DNA of 64,000 bases from an uncultured Blastocatellia bacterium (GTDB taxonomy: Bacteria; Acidobacteriota; Blastocatellia; HR10): assembly GCA_937934295.1 (NCBI GenBank), contig CALHAI010000018.1, forward strand, positions 966-64,965. Reading direction: 5' to 3'. The notes beneath the pieces are model-generated. The model ran no database searches. It was not told the origin of the DNA and saw only the letters and a list, made by a program, of their open reading frames with translations. Below are positions 19,866 through 30,269 of the stretch, one piece after another; the stretch's first letter is position 1; every line of letters begins with the position of its first letter. Made by a program: the position numbers and the translations under genes.

Positions 19866-21058
19866 AGATGTAAGGTTTGAGACGCGTTCGCCGGATGAAC
19901 GTCACCGACCGCCTCCAGGCGTTCGCTCAAGATCAACGCGCGACGGTTCCCTTTCCATCGGACGAGGGAGAGCGCCGTCGCCGCATCCTCGAATCGGAAG
20001 GCATCGTGCTCGAACGGGTTGATGCGGATCACCGGGCGCGTCGGGAGAGCGGCCAAGAAGGAATACTCGCGGATGAAGAGGGGAAGGGCATCGGTGGGCG
20101 AGAACGCGAAGGCATGCACGTAGGGGAGGGGGAGAAGCAGGGGACGATTGGGCGGGATGATGTCTTCAAGGTTCACGCCCGTCTCTTCTCGAACCTCTCG
20201 AAGGGCCGCGTCAGCGGGTGATTCGCCGGGTTCGATCAATCCCGTGACGGGTTGCCAGAATCCGCCCTCGCGCTCGGTGCGTTTCAAGAGGAGATACTTC
20301 CCCTCCGGCGTGCGGAGGAGCACTTGAACGGATTCGGCCTCAATGGGACGCTCGACCAGATGGCGATCGAAGACATCTTGAAACTGAACGAGCAGGCGCT
20401 CCTGCACCAGTCCCATCGGGACGGGGGCGCCAAGGAGCCTCGCCATCGAGGTCATCCGCACGTCCGGCAGCCCACAAGGGATGATGAGATCGAAGAAGCG
20501 AAGGTCCGTGTTGACATTGAGGGCCACCCCGTGCGTCGTGACCCAATGGGAGAGATGAACGCCTATGGAGGCGATCTTCTCGCCTCCCGCCCAAACACCC
20601 GTCTGTCCGGGGATTCGTTCGGCCGAGATCCCAAAGTCCTCGAGCGTGCGAATGATGACCTCCTCCAAATCGCGCAAGTATCGGTGGACGTCGCGACGGC
20701 GCCCAAGAAGTTTCAGGATCGGATAGACGACGAGTTGTCCCGGCCCGTGATAAGTGACCGCTCCCCCGCGATCCGTCTCATAGTGCTCCACGTCATAGCC
20801 AGCGAGCACCTGGGGACTGACGCGGAAGTGATCGTTCACGTTCGCACTCAGATGACGCGTCCTTCGCCCAATGGTCACCACATGTGGATGTTCGAGCAGG
20901 AGCAGCTGATCGGGAATGAGATCGGCCTTCCGGGCCGCCGCCAGGAGAGATTGGGCTTGGAGGCCATCTTCGTACTCGACCAGTCCCAGTCGTCGGACAT
21001 GGCACGCGAGCGCGTCGGCGGGGTTCATCCGGTCATCCGGTCGGTCGCGGGCCGTCAT
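19862..21058 (-). CDS. lipB: Octanoyltransferase LipB fused to a C-terminal NUDIX hydrolase domain
   Basis: Residues about 10-235 are LipB (RGGAVTYHGPGQLVVYPIL, catalytic GEKIASIGVH, CGLPDV). Residues about 245-385 carry a perfect Nudix box, G-x5-E-x7-REVREETGV (GLIEPGESPADAALREVREETGV). It is a single ORF of 398 aa. Confidence 0.75.
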   Translation of the reverse strand: MTARDRPDDRMNPADALACHVRRLGLVEYEDGLQAQSLLAAARKADLIPDQLLLLEHPHVVTIGRRTRHLSANVNDHFRVSPQVLAGYDVEHYETDRGGAVTYHGPGQLVVYPILKLLGRRRDVHRYLRDLEEVIIRTLEDFGISAERIPGQTGVWAGGEKIASIGVHLSHWVTTHGVALNVNTDLRFFDLIIPCGLPDVRMTSMARLLGAPVPMGLVQERLLVQFQDVFDRHLVERPIEAESVQVLLRTPEGKYLLLKRTEREGGFWQPVTGLIEPGESPADAALREVREETGVNLEDIIPPNRPLLLPLPYVHAFAFSPTDALPLFIREYSFLAALPTRPVIRINPFEHDAFRFEDAATALSLVRWKGNRRALILSERLEAVGDVHPANASQTLHL

Positions 21059-21063
21059 GGACC

Positions 21064-22431
21064 TCAGACTCCTGTCAGCTCGAACGATTCCAGCGTCCGT
21101 TTGATGTGCGCCATGAACTGGTCGGCGACGGCACCATCAATGAGCCGATGATCGAAGGAGAGGGAGAAATACGCCATCGCCCGAATCGCGATCGCATCGT
21201 CCTCGACGACGACCGGGCGCTTGGTGATACGCCCGACGCCCAAGATCGCGACTTGGGGTTGATGAATCACCGGCGTCCCGAAGAGCGAGCCGAAGACGCC
21301 CGGATTGGTGATCGTGAACGTCCCACCTTGGACCTCTTCTGGTTTGAGCTGTTTGTTCCGAGCGCGCGTGGCCAGATCGTGAATGGCTTTGGCCAATCCG
21401 ACGAGGCTGAGCGCGTCCGCGTTCTTGATGACCGGGACGATGAGGCCCCACTCCAAGGCGACGGCGATGCCGATGTTGATGTCCTTCTTGTAGATGATCT
21501 TGTCTTCGGCGACCGACGCGTTGAGGAGGGGGAAGGCTTTCAAGGCGCTCACGCAGGCCTGGATGATGAAGGGCAGGTAGGTGAGCTTGACGCCGTGTCG
21601 CTGCTCGAAGTCCGGTTGTAGCTGTTCCCGCAGTCGGCTGACGCGCGTCATGTCGATCTCGAAGAACGTCGTCACATGGGGAGCGACGCGCTTGCTGTAG
21701 ACCATGTGCTCGGCGATCTTCTTCCGCATGCCGCTCATCGGGACGATCTCGACGCGCTCTCCGGGGAGATAGGGGGGATGGCGCGGCGCCTCCAGCTCTT
21801 GGGCTTCGGGTGGGGGGGGTTCAACGGGCTGCGGACGCGCTTCAGAGGGACGAGCGGCGCGTTCCTCCAGGTACCGGAGGACGTCGCGCTTGGTGACCCG
21901 TCCGCTGCGCCCCGTCCCCTCAATCTGCGTGAGATCAATGCCATACTCTTGCGCCAACTTCTCCACGACCGGCGATGACCGTACGGCCTTTCGCTCGGCC
22001 GGGATGGTGATGCGGATCTCACGCTTCTGCTTCTCCCAGGGATGAGGGGGGATGATGAGCTCGCGCATGGGCGACGCTTCCGTGGGCGGGGCGACGCGGG
22101 TCGGTTCGGGCGTCGGCTCTCTCGGCGGCATGGCTTCCGTCGCCGGCGCCGCGCGCTCGCTCACCTCGCGCGGTGGCGCCTCAACGGCCTCCTTGTCCGT
22201 CTCGATATAGGCGACGACGGTTTGAATGGGGACCGTCTCCCCCTCGTGGACAAGAACCTCGGCCAGGACACCTTCGGCTGGCGAGGGGATCTCCGCATCC
22301 ACCTTATCCGTGGAGATCTCAAAGAGCGGTTCATCGCGGCGAACATGGTCACCCGGCTTCTTCAGCCACTTGGTGACGGTCCCTTCGGCGATGCTCTCAC
22401 CCATTTGGGGCATGATGACCTCGACCTTCAT
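21064..22431 (-). CDS. Dihydrolipoamide acyltransferase (E2) of a 2-oxoacid dehydrogenase complex
   Basis: Has an N-terminal lipoyl domain (EISTDKVDAEIPSPAEGVL), a peripheral-subunit-binding domain (SPVVEKLAQEYGIDLTQIEGTGRSGRVTKRDV) and a catalytic domain (SFDHRLIDGA). Confidence 0.85.
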   Translation of the reverse strand: MKVEVIMPQMGESIAEGTVTKWLKKPGDHVRRDEPLFEISTDKVDAEIPSPAEGVLAEVLVHEGETVPIQTVVAYIETDKEAVEAPPREVSERAAPATEAMPPREPTPEPTRVAPPTEASPMRELIIPPHPWEKQKREIRITIPAERKAVRSSPVVEKLAQEYGIDLTQIEGTGRSGRVTKRDVLRYLEERAARPSEARPQPVEPPPPEAQELEAPRHPPYLPGERVEIVPMSGMRKKIAEHMVYSKRVAPHVTTFFEIDMTRVSRLREQLQPDFEQRHGVKLTYLPFIIQACVSALKAFPLLNASVAEDKIIYKKDINIGIAVALEWGLIVPVIKNADALSLVGLAKAIHDLATRARNKQLKPEEVQGGTFTITNPGVFGSLFGTPVIHQPQVAILGVGRITKRPVVVEDDAIAIRAMAYFSLSFDHRLIDGAVADQFMAHIKRTLESFELTGV

Positions 22432-22482
22432 GCAACACCTCCTTGGGAGGGCGCGAGTGCGCTCCTCGGCCCTTCTCCCTCT

Positions 22483-23457
22483 TCAATAGTTGGCGACCCA
22501 TCGGACGGCCTGGACGATCTCCTCCACCTGGGGGAGGAAGAACTCCTCCAGCGGAGGGCTGAACGGGATCGGCGTGTCCGGAGCCGTGACGCGAACGACG
22601 GGCGCCTCGAGATATTCAAAGATGCGCTCGTTGAGGCGCATAGCGATCTCTCCGGCGATCCCCCCCGTGCGCGTGTCCTCGTGAACGATGACGGCGCGTC
22701 CCGTTTTCGCCACTGAGCTGAGGATGGTCTCGTCATCTAAGGGGAGGAGCGTGCGCAGATCAACGACCTCGACCTCGATGTCCTCCTGCGCGACGATCTC
22801 GGCCGCTTCGAGCGACTTATGCACCATCCATCCGTAGGTCAAGATGGTGACATCCCGACCCGGACGCTTAATGTCCGCTTTCCCAATGGGGACGATGTAG
22901 TCGTCCTCGGGCACTTCCCCTCGAATGCGGCGATAGAGATATTTGTGCTCGAAGTAGAGCACGGGATCCTCGTCCCGAATGGCCGCCTTGATGAGCCCCT
23001 TGGCGTCGTACGGCGTGGCGGGCTCCACGATCTTCAACCCCGGCGTGTGGAAGAAGTACGCCTCGACGTTCTGCGAGTGAAAGGGCCCCCCATGCACGCC
23101 GCCACCGCAGGGGCCGCGCACGACGATGGGAACGCCCGCGCCCCAGCGATATCGGCACTTCGCGGCGAAGTTCGTCAGTTGATCGAAGGCGATCGAGATG
23201 AAGTCGATGAATTGCATCTCAGCGACCGGACGCAAGCCCACCAGCGCCGCTCCGATGGCCGCGCCCACGATGGCCGCCTCCGAGATCGGCGTGTCAATGA
23301 CGCGCTCTTCACCGAAACGTTCGAGGAACCCTTCGGTGACCTTGAACGCGCCTCCGTAGACGCCGATGTCTTCGCCCAGCAAGAAGACGCGTTCATCGCG
23401 CTCCATCTCCTCCCAGAGCCCTTGGCGAATAGCTTCCAGATAAGTCAACACGGGCAT
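22483..23457 (-). CDS. 2-oxoacid dehydrogenase E1 component, beta subunit (transketolase-like)
   Basis: 324 aa. Typical E1beta N-terminus (LTYLEAIRQGL...VFLLGEDIGVYGGAFKVTEGF...VIDTPISE). Confidence 0.9.
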   Translation of the reverse strand: MPVLTYLEAIRQGLWEEMERDERVFLLGEDIGVYGGAFKVTEGFLERFGEERVIDTPISEAAIVGAAIGAALVGLRPVAEMQFIDFISIAFDQLTNFAAKCRYRWGAGVPIVVRGPCGGGVHGGPFHSQNVEAYFFHTPGLKIVEPATPYDAKGLIKAAIRDEDPVLYFEHKYLYRRIRGEVPEDDYIVPIGKADIKRPGRDVTILTYGWMVHKSLEAAEIVAQEDIEVEVVDLRTLLPLDDETILSSVAKTGRAVIVHEDTRTGGIAGEIAMRLNERIFEYLEAPVVRVTAPDTPIPFSPPLEEFFLPQVEEIVQAVRWVANY

Positions 23458-23473
23458 AGGCGACGGTGCCTCC

Positions 23474-24499
23474 TCAGGATCGACTTTTCACCGCATGCTC
23501 GCTCGGTAGGGGAGCCTCTGAAACGGACGGCGTCTCGGCATAGACCCCCTCCAAGGCGATTCGTGGATCGGGCATCGGCGACTGCTCCGCATATTGCAGA
23601 TCGGCTTCGATCTCCTGCTCGATGCGATGGGTGATGGCTTCGAAATCCGTCTCATCGGCCATGCCGTGCTCTTTCAGATAGATCTCCAGGCGAAGGATCG
23701 GATCGCGCTTTTGCCAATATTCGAGCACCTCGCGAGGGACGTACCACGCGTCGTCGTGTTCGGCGTGACCACGCATGCGGAAGGTCTTGACCTCCAGCAG
23801 CGTCGGCCCCAATCCCTCGCGCGCGCGCTCGATGGCGCGACGCGTGGCGTGATAGACTGCGATGACGTCGTTGCCATCCACCGTCTCGCCGAAGATCCCG
23901 TAGCCGATGGCGCGATCGGCGATGTTCTCGATGGCCATCTGCCGGTGCTTGGGCGTCGAGTAGGCGTAGCCGTTGTCCTCAGCGATGACGATCAAGGGGA
24001 GCTTCAAGACGGCGGCGAAGTTCAGGCCTTCGTGGAAGACCCCCGTGCTGGTCCCCCCATCGCCGATGTAGGTGAGAGCGACCGAGCGCTTTCGCTGCAT
24101 CTTCGAGGCCAAGGCGATTCCGGCCATCACCGGGATGAGATCGCCGAGATGGCTGATCGGAGGGATGATGCCGCGCTCCACGCTCCCGAAGTGGACGATG
24201 CTATCCTTGCCGCGTGTCGGACTCGTCCCTTTCCCCATGTACTGGGTGAAAATCTCCCAGGGGCGGATGCCGCGTACAAAGAGCGCGCCGAGGTTTCGGA
24301 TCATCACCGCCAGGAAGTCTCCCTCTTCGAGAGCATAGGCACTGGCGACGGATTCGCCTTCTTGTCCAAGACTGCGATAGAGGCCCCCCACGATCTTCCC
24401 CTGCCGGTAGAGGCGTTGCAGCCGCTCCTCCACCATTCGGGTCAGTTTCATGTAGTAGTACATGTCCAGGAGTTGCTCACGGGTCAGCGGCTCTTCCAT
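23474..24499 (-). CDS. 2-oxoacid dehydrogenase E1 component, alpha subunit (TPP-dependent)
   Basis: 341 aa. TPP-binding motif GDGGTSTG...AEDNGYA. The substrate (pyruvate, branched-chain 2-oxoacid or acetoin) cannot be resolved from sequence. Confidence 0.88.
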   Translation of the reverse strand: MEEPLTREQLLDMYYYMKLTRMVEERLQRLYRQGKIVGGLYRSLGQEGESVASAYALEEGDFLAVMIRNLGALFVRGIRPWEIFTQYMGKGTSPTRGKDSIVHFGSVERGIIPPISHLGDLIPVMAGIALASKMQRKRSVALTYIGDGGTSTGVFHEGLNFAAVLKLPLIVIAEDNGYAYSTPKHRQMAIENIADRAIGYGIFGETVDGNDVIAVYHATRRAIERAREGLGPTLLEVKTFRMRGHAEHDDAWYVPREVLEYWQKRDPILRLEIYLKEHGMADETDFEAITHRIEQEIEADLQYAEQSPMPDPRIALEGVYAETPSVSEAPLPSEHAVKSRS

Positions 24500-24630
24500 A
24501 TGCGGCGCTCTCCATCTGAGACGGGGACGGGTTGAGGGAGCGGGCCGAAAGACCGCGCTCCCTGCGCCCTTTTCCTCTTGCTCCGCTCACAAAGGCGTGA
24601 CCTCATGCCGCCCTCGCGAAGTCGCCTATT

Positions 24631-24660
24631 ACTATAGCGAAGGCGGCGCAGCAGCGACAA
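24631..24660 (-). promoter_or_regulatory. Candidate promoter of the E1alpha-E1beta-E2-lipB-lptFG operon (-35 TTGTCG, 18-nt spacer, -10 TATAGT on the minus strand)
   Basis: Read on the minus strand: TTGTCG-N18-TATAGT, about 130 nt upstream of the E1alpha ATG. The leader contains a GGGAGCG...CGCTCCC hairpin. Confidence 0.3.
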
Positions 24661-24688
24661 GCTCCGGTCTCCAGAAACGGGCGCCCTC

Positions 24689-24716
24689 TTGAATTCCCGC
24701 ACGAGCCGGCTATACT
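24689..24716 (+). promoter_or_regulatory. Candidate greA promoter (-35 TTGAAT, 16-nt spacer, -10 TATACT)
   Basis: TTGAAT (24689-24694), a 16-nt spacer, then TATACT (24711-24716). It lies about 30 nt upstream of the greA RBS AGGAGG and GTG start. Confidence 0.4.
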
Positions 24717-24748
24717 TAAGGTGAAAAACCAACGCAGGAGGAACGGAC

Positions 24749-25237
24749 GTGCTCACGAAGCTCAAGGAACGGCTTGAGGCCGAATTGCGCACTTTGGAGA
24801 ATGAGTTGAAGTTCGAACTGCCCAAGGAGTTGCAGAAGGCTTTGGCGCATGGCGACCTGCGGGAGAACGCGGAATATCAAGCGGCCCTTCAGCGTCAGGA
24901 ATTCGTGCGCGCGCGCATCGCGCAGATTCGGAAGCAGCTCTCCGATCTCTCGATGCTCAATGTGAGTGCCCTTCCTCGGGATCGGGTGGCCTACGGTTCG
25001 ACGGTCACGCTCTTGGATTTGGATACGGGCGAGGAGGTGACCTATCGGCTGGCGCTCGGTGATGAGGTGGATCCCGAGCAGGGGGTCATCTCCGTCTCTT
25101 CCCCCATCGGCTCAAGCCTCTTGGGAAAACGGGAGGGCGATGAAGTGATCGTTCACACGCCAGCGCGCCAACGGCGGTTCGAGATCATCAAGCTCATCAC
25201 CTTGCCTCAGGAGCTGGAGGGGGGAGAGGCACCCTGA
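24749..25237 (+). CDS. greA: Transcription elongation factor GreA
   Basis: 162 aa. GTG start preceded by AGGAGG. Has the coiled-coil N-terminus (LRENAEYQAA) and the FKBP-like C-terminal domain. Confidence 0.85.
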   Translation: MLTKLKERLEAELRTLENELKFELPKELQKALAHGDLRENAEYQAALQRQEFVRARIAQIRKQLSDLSMLNVSALPRDRVAYGSTVTLLDLDTGEEVTYRLALGDEVDPEQGVISVSSPIGSSLLGKREGDEVIVHTPARQRRFEIIKLITLPQELEGGEAP

Positions 25238-25271
25238 GGCATGGCCGTGCGCGCGACTGCCGAAAGGCCCT

Positions 25272-27239
<1,968 letters not shown>

Positions 27240-27394
27240 CTAGGGCGTAGCGTCGTCCTGCGCCCTTGGCTCGAAGCTCTTGCTTCTCTTTGAGTTGCCT
27301 ATGGCCTGAACGCTCGTCGCTTTGGCCCGGAATTTGCTTTCAAGAATCATGTCAAGAGGTCTTTTTGCCCAAGATATGGTGTGGGAGGAGAGCT

Positions 27395-29020
27395 ATGGGA
27401 GGAAGAATCGTGCCAGAGAGAAGCGGGCTGACCTCTTGCGGGGCGCTTGTGGCTCCGCTGCCAAAGGGGTTGCCGAAGCTCGTCGAGTCCATCTGTCCGG
27501 AATGTTGTCGCGTCATCCCCGCGCGCATCTTCGAGCACGAGGGACGGGTGATGATGGAGAAGCGGTGTTCAGAGCATGGTGAATTTCGAGACCTCGTCTG
27601 GTCCGATGTTCGACTCTACTTGAAAGCCGAGCAATGGGCCTTTGAAGAGAGGCGCGGGGTCTCCAACCCGGCTGTGCCGGATGCCGTGCTCTGTCCGCAG
27701 GATTGTGGCCTCTGTCAGATGCATTTGAGCCACACGGGCTTGGCGAACATTGACCTGACGAATCGTTGCAATTTGACCTGTCCCGTCTGCTTCGCCAATG
27801 CGAACGTGGCGGGCTATGTCTACGAGCCTTCGCTCGAACAGGTCTATCGGATGCTGCGGCAATTGCGGGAGATGCGCCCGGTCGCGGCTCGCGTCATTCA
27901 ATTCTCGGGCGGGGAGCCAACGATCTATCCCCATTTCATCGAAGCGGTGCGGATGGCACGGGACCTGGGGTTCTCGCACATTCAGGTCGCCACAAACGGC
28001 CTCCGATTCGCCACTGAGCCCGGCTTCGCCGAGAGATGCGCCGAGGCCGGATTACATACGCTCTATCTTCAGTTCGATGGCTTGAGTGATGAGACCTATC
28101 GCAAGACGCGCGGGCAACCGCTCTGGGAGCTGAAGCAACGGGCTGTCGAAGCGGCCCGTCGGGCGGGACTGAAGATCGTCTTCGTCCCGACGGTCGCGCG
28201 TGGGGTGAACGATCACGAAGTCGGTCGCATCCTGCAGTTCGCCATCGAGAACATTGACGTCACGTCGGGCATCACGTATCAGCCGGTGACGTTCACCGGG
28301 CGCATCACCCAGAAGAAGCGGGAGCAAATGCGATATACACTCACCGACTTGGTGAAGGATCTGGCCGAACAGACCGGGATCGTGGACACGTATCACGATT
28401 GGTATCCCACGCCTTGTACCGTCTCATTCTCGGAGTTCTTGAGCGCCTTGCAGGGGGAAGAGACGATCGCCCTCACCTGCCATCCGCATTGTTCACTGGC
28501 GACTTATCTCTTTGTGGACGCGCGGACGAAGACGGCGATCCCCGTCACACGCTTTGTGGACGTGGAGGGGATGTTGCGAGCGTTTCGCGAGTGGGCGCCG
28601 CGGATCCGTCGGCTTCCTTCCAAGAAGCTCTCGGCACTGATGGCGTATATCGTCCTGCGGCGGTTCTTCCGACAGGAGGCGGCGCCACCGGGATTGACCT
28701 ACGTGAAGTTCCTCCGAACGCTCGAGGGGCTCGTGGACAAGCGCATCGGACGCGGGGAGAACGAGGAGCGGCTCACCTATCGAACGCTCATGGTCGCCGG
28801 GATGCATTTCATGGATGCCTACAACTACCAGCTCGATCGCGTCATGCGCTGCGTCATCCACTATTCGGCTCCCGATGGGCGAATCTATCCCTTCTGCACG
28901 TACAACTCGGGGATCACATTCCGCGAGAGGATCGAGCAGAGCTTCTCGATCCCCTTGGAGGCGTATCTCACGGCTTCCGGGAAGGAGCCCGTGGCGGCGA
29001 GGACCGTCTTGAAGGTGTGA
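27395..29020 (+). CDS. Radical SAM enzyme with N-terminal zinc ribbon, of the MJ0619 / tetraether-lipid-synthase (Tes) / Mss-like family
   Basis: Start ATG 27395 with a strong RBS GGGAGGAG. The N-terminus has CPECC...IPARIFEHEGRVMMEKRCSEHGEF (Zn ribbon) and a second C-x2-C...C pair (CPQDCGLC). The canonical CX3CX2C radical-SAM motif is NIDLTNRCNLTCPVCFANAN, followed by the glycine-rich SAM site FSGGEPT. An extension of about 250 aa follows, with no SPASM cysteines. The family assignment is from memory of family signatures, not from a database search. Confidence 0.6.
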   Translation: MGGRIVPERSGLTSCGALVAPLPKGLPKLVESICPECCRVIPARIFEHEGRVMMEKRCSEHGEFRDLVWSDVRLYLKAEQWAFEERRGVSNPAVPDAVLCPQDCGLCQMHLSHTGLANIDLTNRCNLTCPVCFANANVAGYVYEPSLEQVYRMLRQLREMRPVAARVIQFSGGEPTIYPHFIEAVRMARDLGFSHIQVATNGLRFATEPGFAERCAEAGLHTLYLQFDGLSDETYRKTRGQPLWELKQRAVEAARRAGLKIVFVPTVARGVNDHEVGRILQFAIENIDVTSGITYQPVTFTGRITQKKREQMRYTLTDLVKDLAEQTGIVDTYHDWYPTPCTVSFSEFLSALQGEETIALTCHPHCSLATYLFVDARTKTAIPVTRFVDVEGMLRAFREWAPRIRRLPSKKLSALMAYIVLRRFFRQEAAPPGLTYVKFLRTLEGLVDKRIGRGENEERLTYRTLMVAGMHFMDAYNYQLDRVMRCVIHYSAPDGRIYPFCTYNSGITFRERIEQSFSIPLEAYLTASGKEPVAARTVLKV

Positions 29021-29081
29021 CGCTTGCTTCCGACCTTCGCGCTGGGGCAGAATATAACTCTATCTTCTGGAGGAAGGGAGT

Positions 29082-29564
29082 ATGGAGCTGAAGGTCGTTC
29101 CCTTGGAGATCCCGTCCGGATGTAACATCATCGTCGGGCATGCGCATTTCATCAAGACGGTTGAAGACCTCTATGAAGTGATGGCGACCAGCTCGCCACA
29201 TGTCAAGTTCGGGCTGGCGTTCTGTGAGGCCTCTGGACCCTGTCTGATTCGGTTTGAAGGGAATGACGCGGAGCTGACGGAAGTGGCGGTCCGGAACGCG
29301 CGCCAGTTGAGTGCCGGGCACGCATTCGTGATCCTCTTGCGGGAGGGATATCCGATCAACGTTCTCAATGCGATCAAAGCGTGTCAGGAGGTGTGTACGA
29401 TCCACTGCGCGACGGCCAATCCTGTTCAGGTCATTCTCGTGGAGACCGAACAAGGACGAGGGATTCTCGGTGTCGTAGATGGATTCGCATCCAAGGGGGT
29501 TGAGGGGGAGGAAGAGAAGGCGAAGCGGAAGGAACTGCTGCGAGCGATCAGGTATAAGCTCTAG
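29082..29564 (+). CDS. Small conserved protein. Tentatively from the archaeal-type DUF355 family, but 'adenosine-specific kinase'-like is also possible. Function unknown.
   Basis: 160 aa. It lies 61 nt downstream of the radical SAM gene with an RBS GGAGG. Has the motif GHAHFIKTVEDLYEV and a Lys/Glu-rich C-terminal tail. The family call is a recollection and is not verified. Confidence 0.45.
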   Translation: MELKVVPLEIPSGCNIIVGHAHFIKTVEDLYEVMATSSPHVKFGLAFCEASGPCLIRFEGNDAELTEVAVRNARQLSAGHAFVILLREGYPINVLNAIKACQEVCTIHCATANPVQVILVETEQGRGILGVVDGFASKGVEGEEEKAKRKELLRAIRYKL

Positions 29565-29625
29565 CAAACTCTGTCCCCTCACTGGAGAAAGGGGGACTTA
29601 CACGCGTAAGTCATGGGAGATCTCG

Positions 29626-30100
29626 CTTAACAGAGCCGTTCGGATGGGAGAAATGCAGTTCCCATTAGGGAAAACGACGGCCCACGAATCTCGATTTTTC
29701 AAGCTTCTTGTGTCGCCTCAGATAGGCCTCGATCTACGGGGCCAGACGCTGTTTCCGCTCCAGCCATGTCCTGGGCGGGTCCTGCAAGACGGCATAGGTC
29801 AAGAAGACGATGGCCACCCAGTTGACAATCCCCAGGGGCGTTCGGGGATGGAAGGCCTCCAGCCCCAGCTCCTTCTTGGCCACCCGGTGGAAGACTTCGA
29901 CCGTCCACCTCAGATTGTAGCGGGCCTCGACCCGGGTCGAGGGCATCCAGGTCGTCGAAAACAAGTAGAAGCGTCGCCATTCGACTCGACCTCCGCAGAG
30001 GCGATACTCCCACCATGTGGGCACGACCCCTATCCGCCGGCGCCAGGCTCGGAGTTCGACCCACTGGGGCCGCTCCAGACAACCGATGGGACGACCGTCC
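29626..30100 (-). pseudogene. Truncated IS4-like DDE transposase remnant with one terminal repeat copy
   Basis: The minus-strand ORF ending at 29734 encodes only a transposase C-terminus (...YNLRWTVEVFHRVAKKELGLEAFHPRTPLGIVNWVAIVFLTYAVL), i.e. the IS4-family YREK/E region. No N-terminal DDE region is present. Repeat copy A (CTTAACAGAGCCGTTCGGATGGGAGAAATGCA, 29626-29663) sits just outside the remnant. Confidence 0.55.
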
Positions 30101-30269
30101 GCCAGTTCCGGTGCGAGACCCCCACGACATGCCAGCCCCCCTCCCGACAGGCAGCGACACCAGCCCCCCAGGTCAGACCTCCTCCAGAAGGAATACAGCT
30201 TCACCCTCCACCCCCTCAGCCATCCCGGACTCCCCAGCCTCTGCTCCCGAATAGGCTGCTCTGTGGTGA

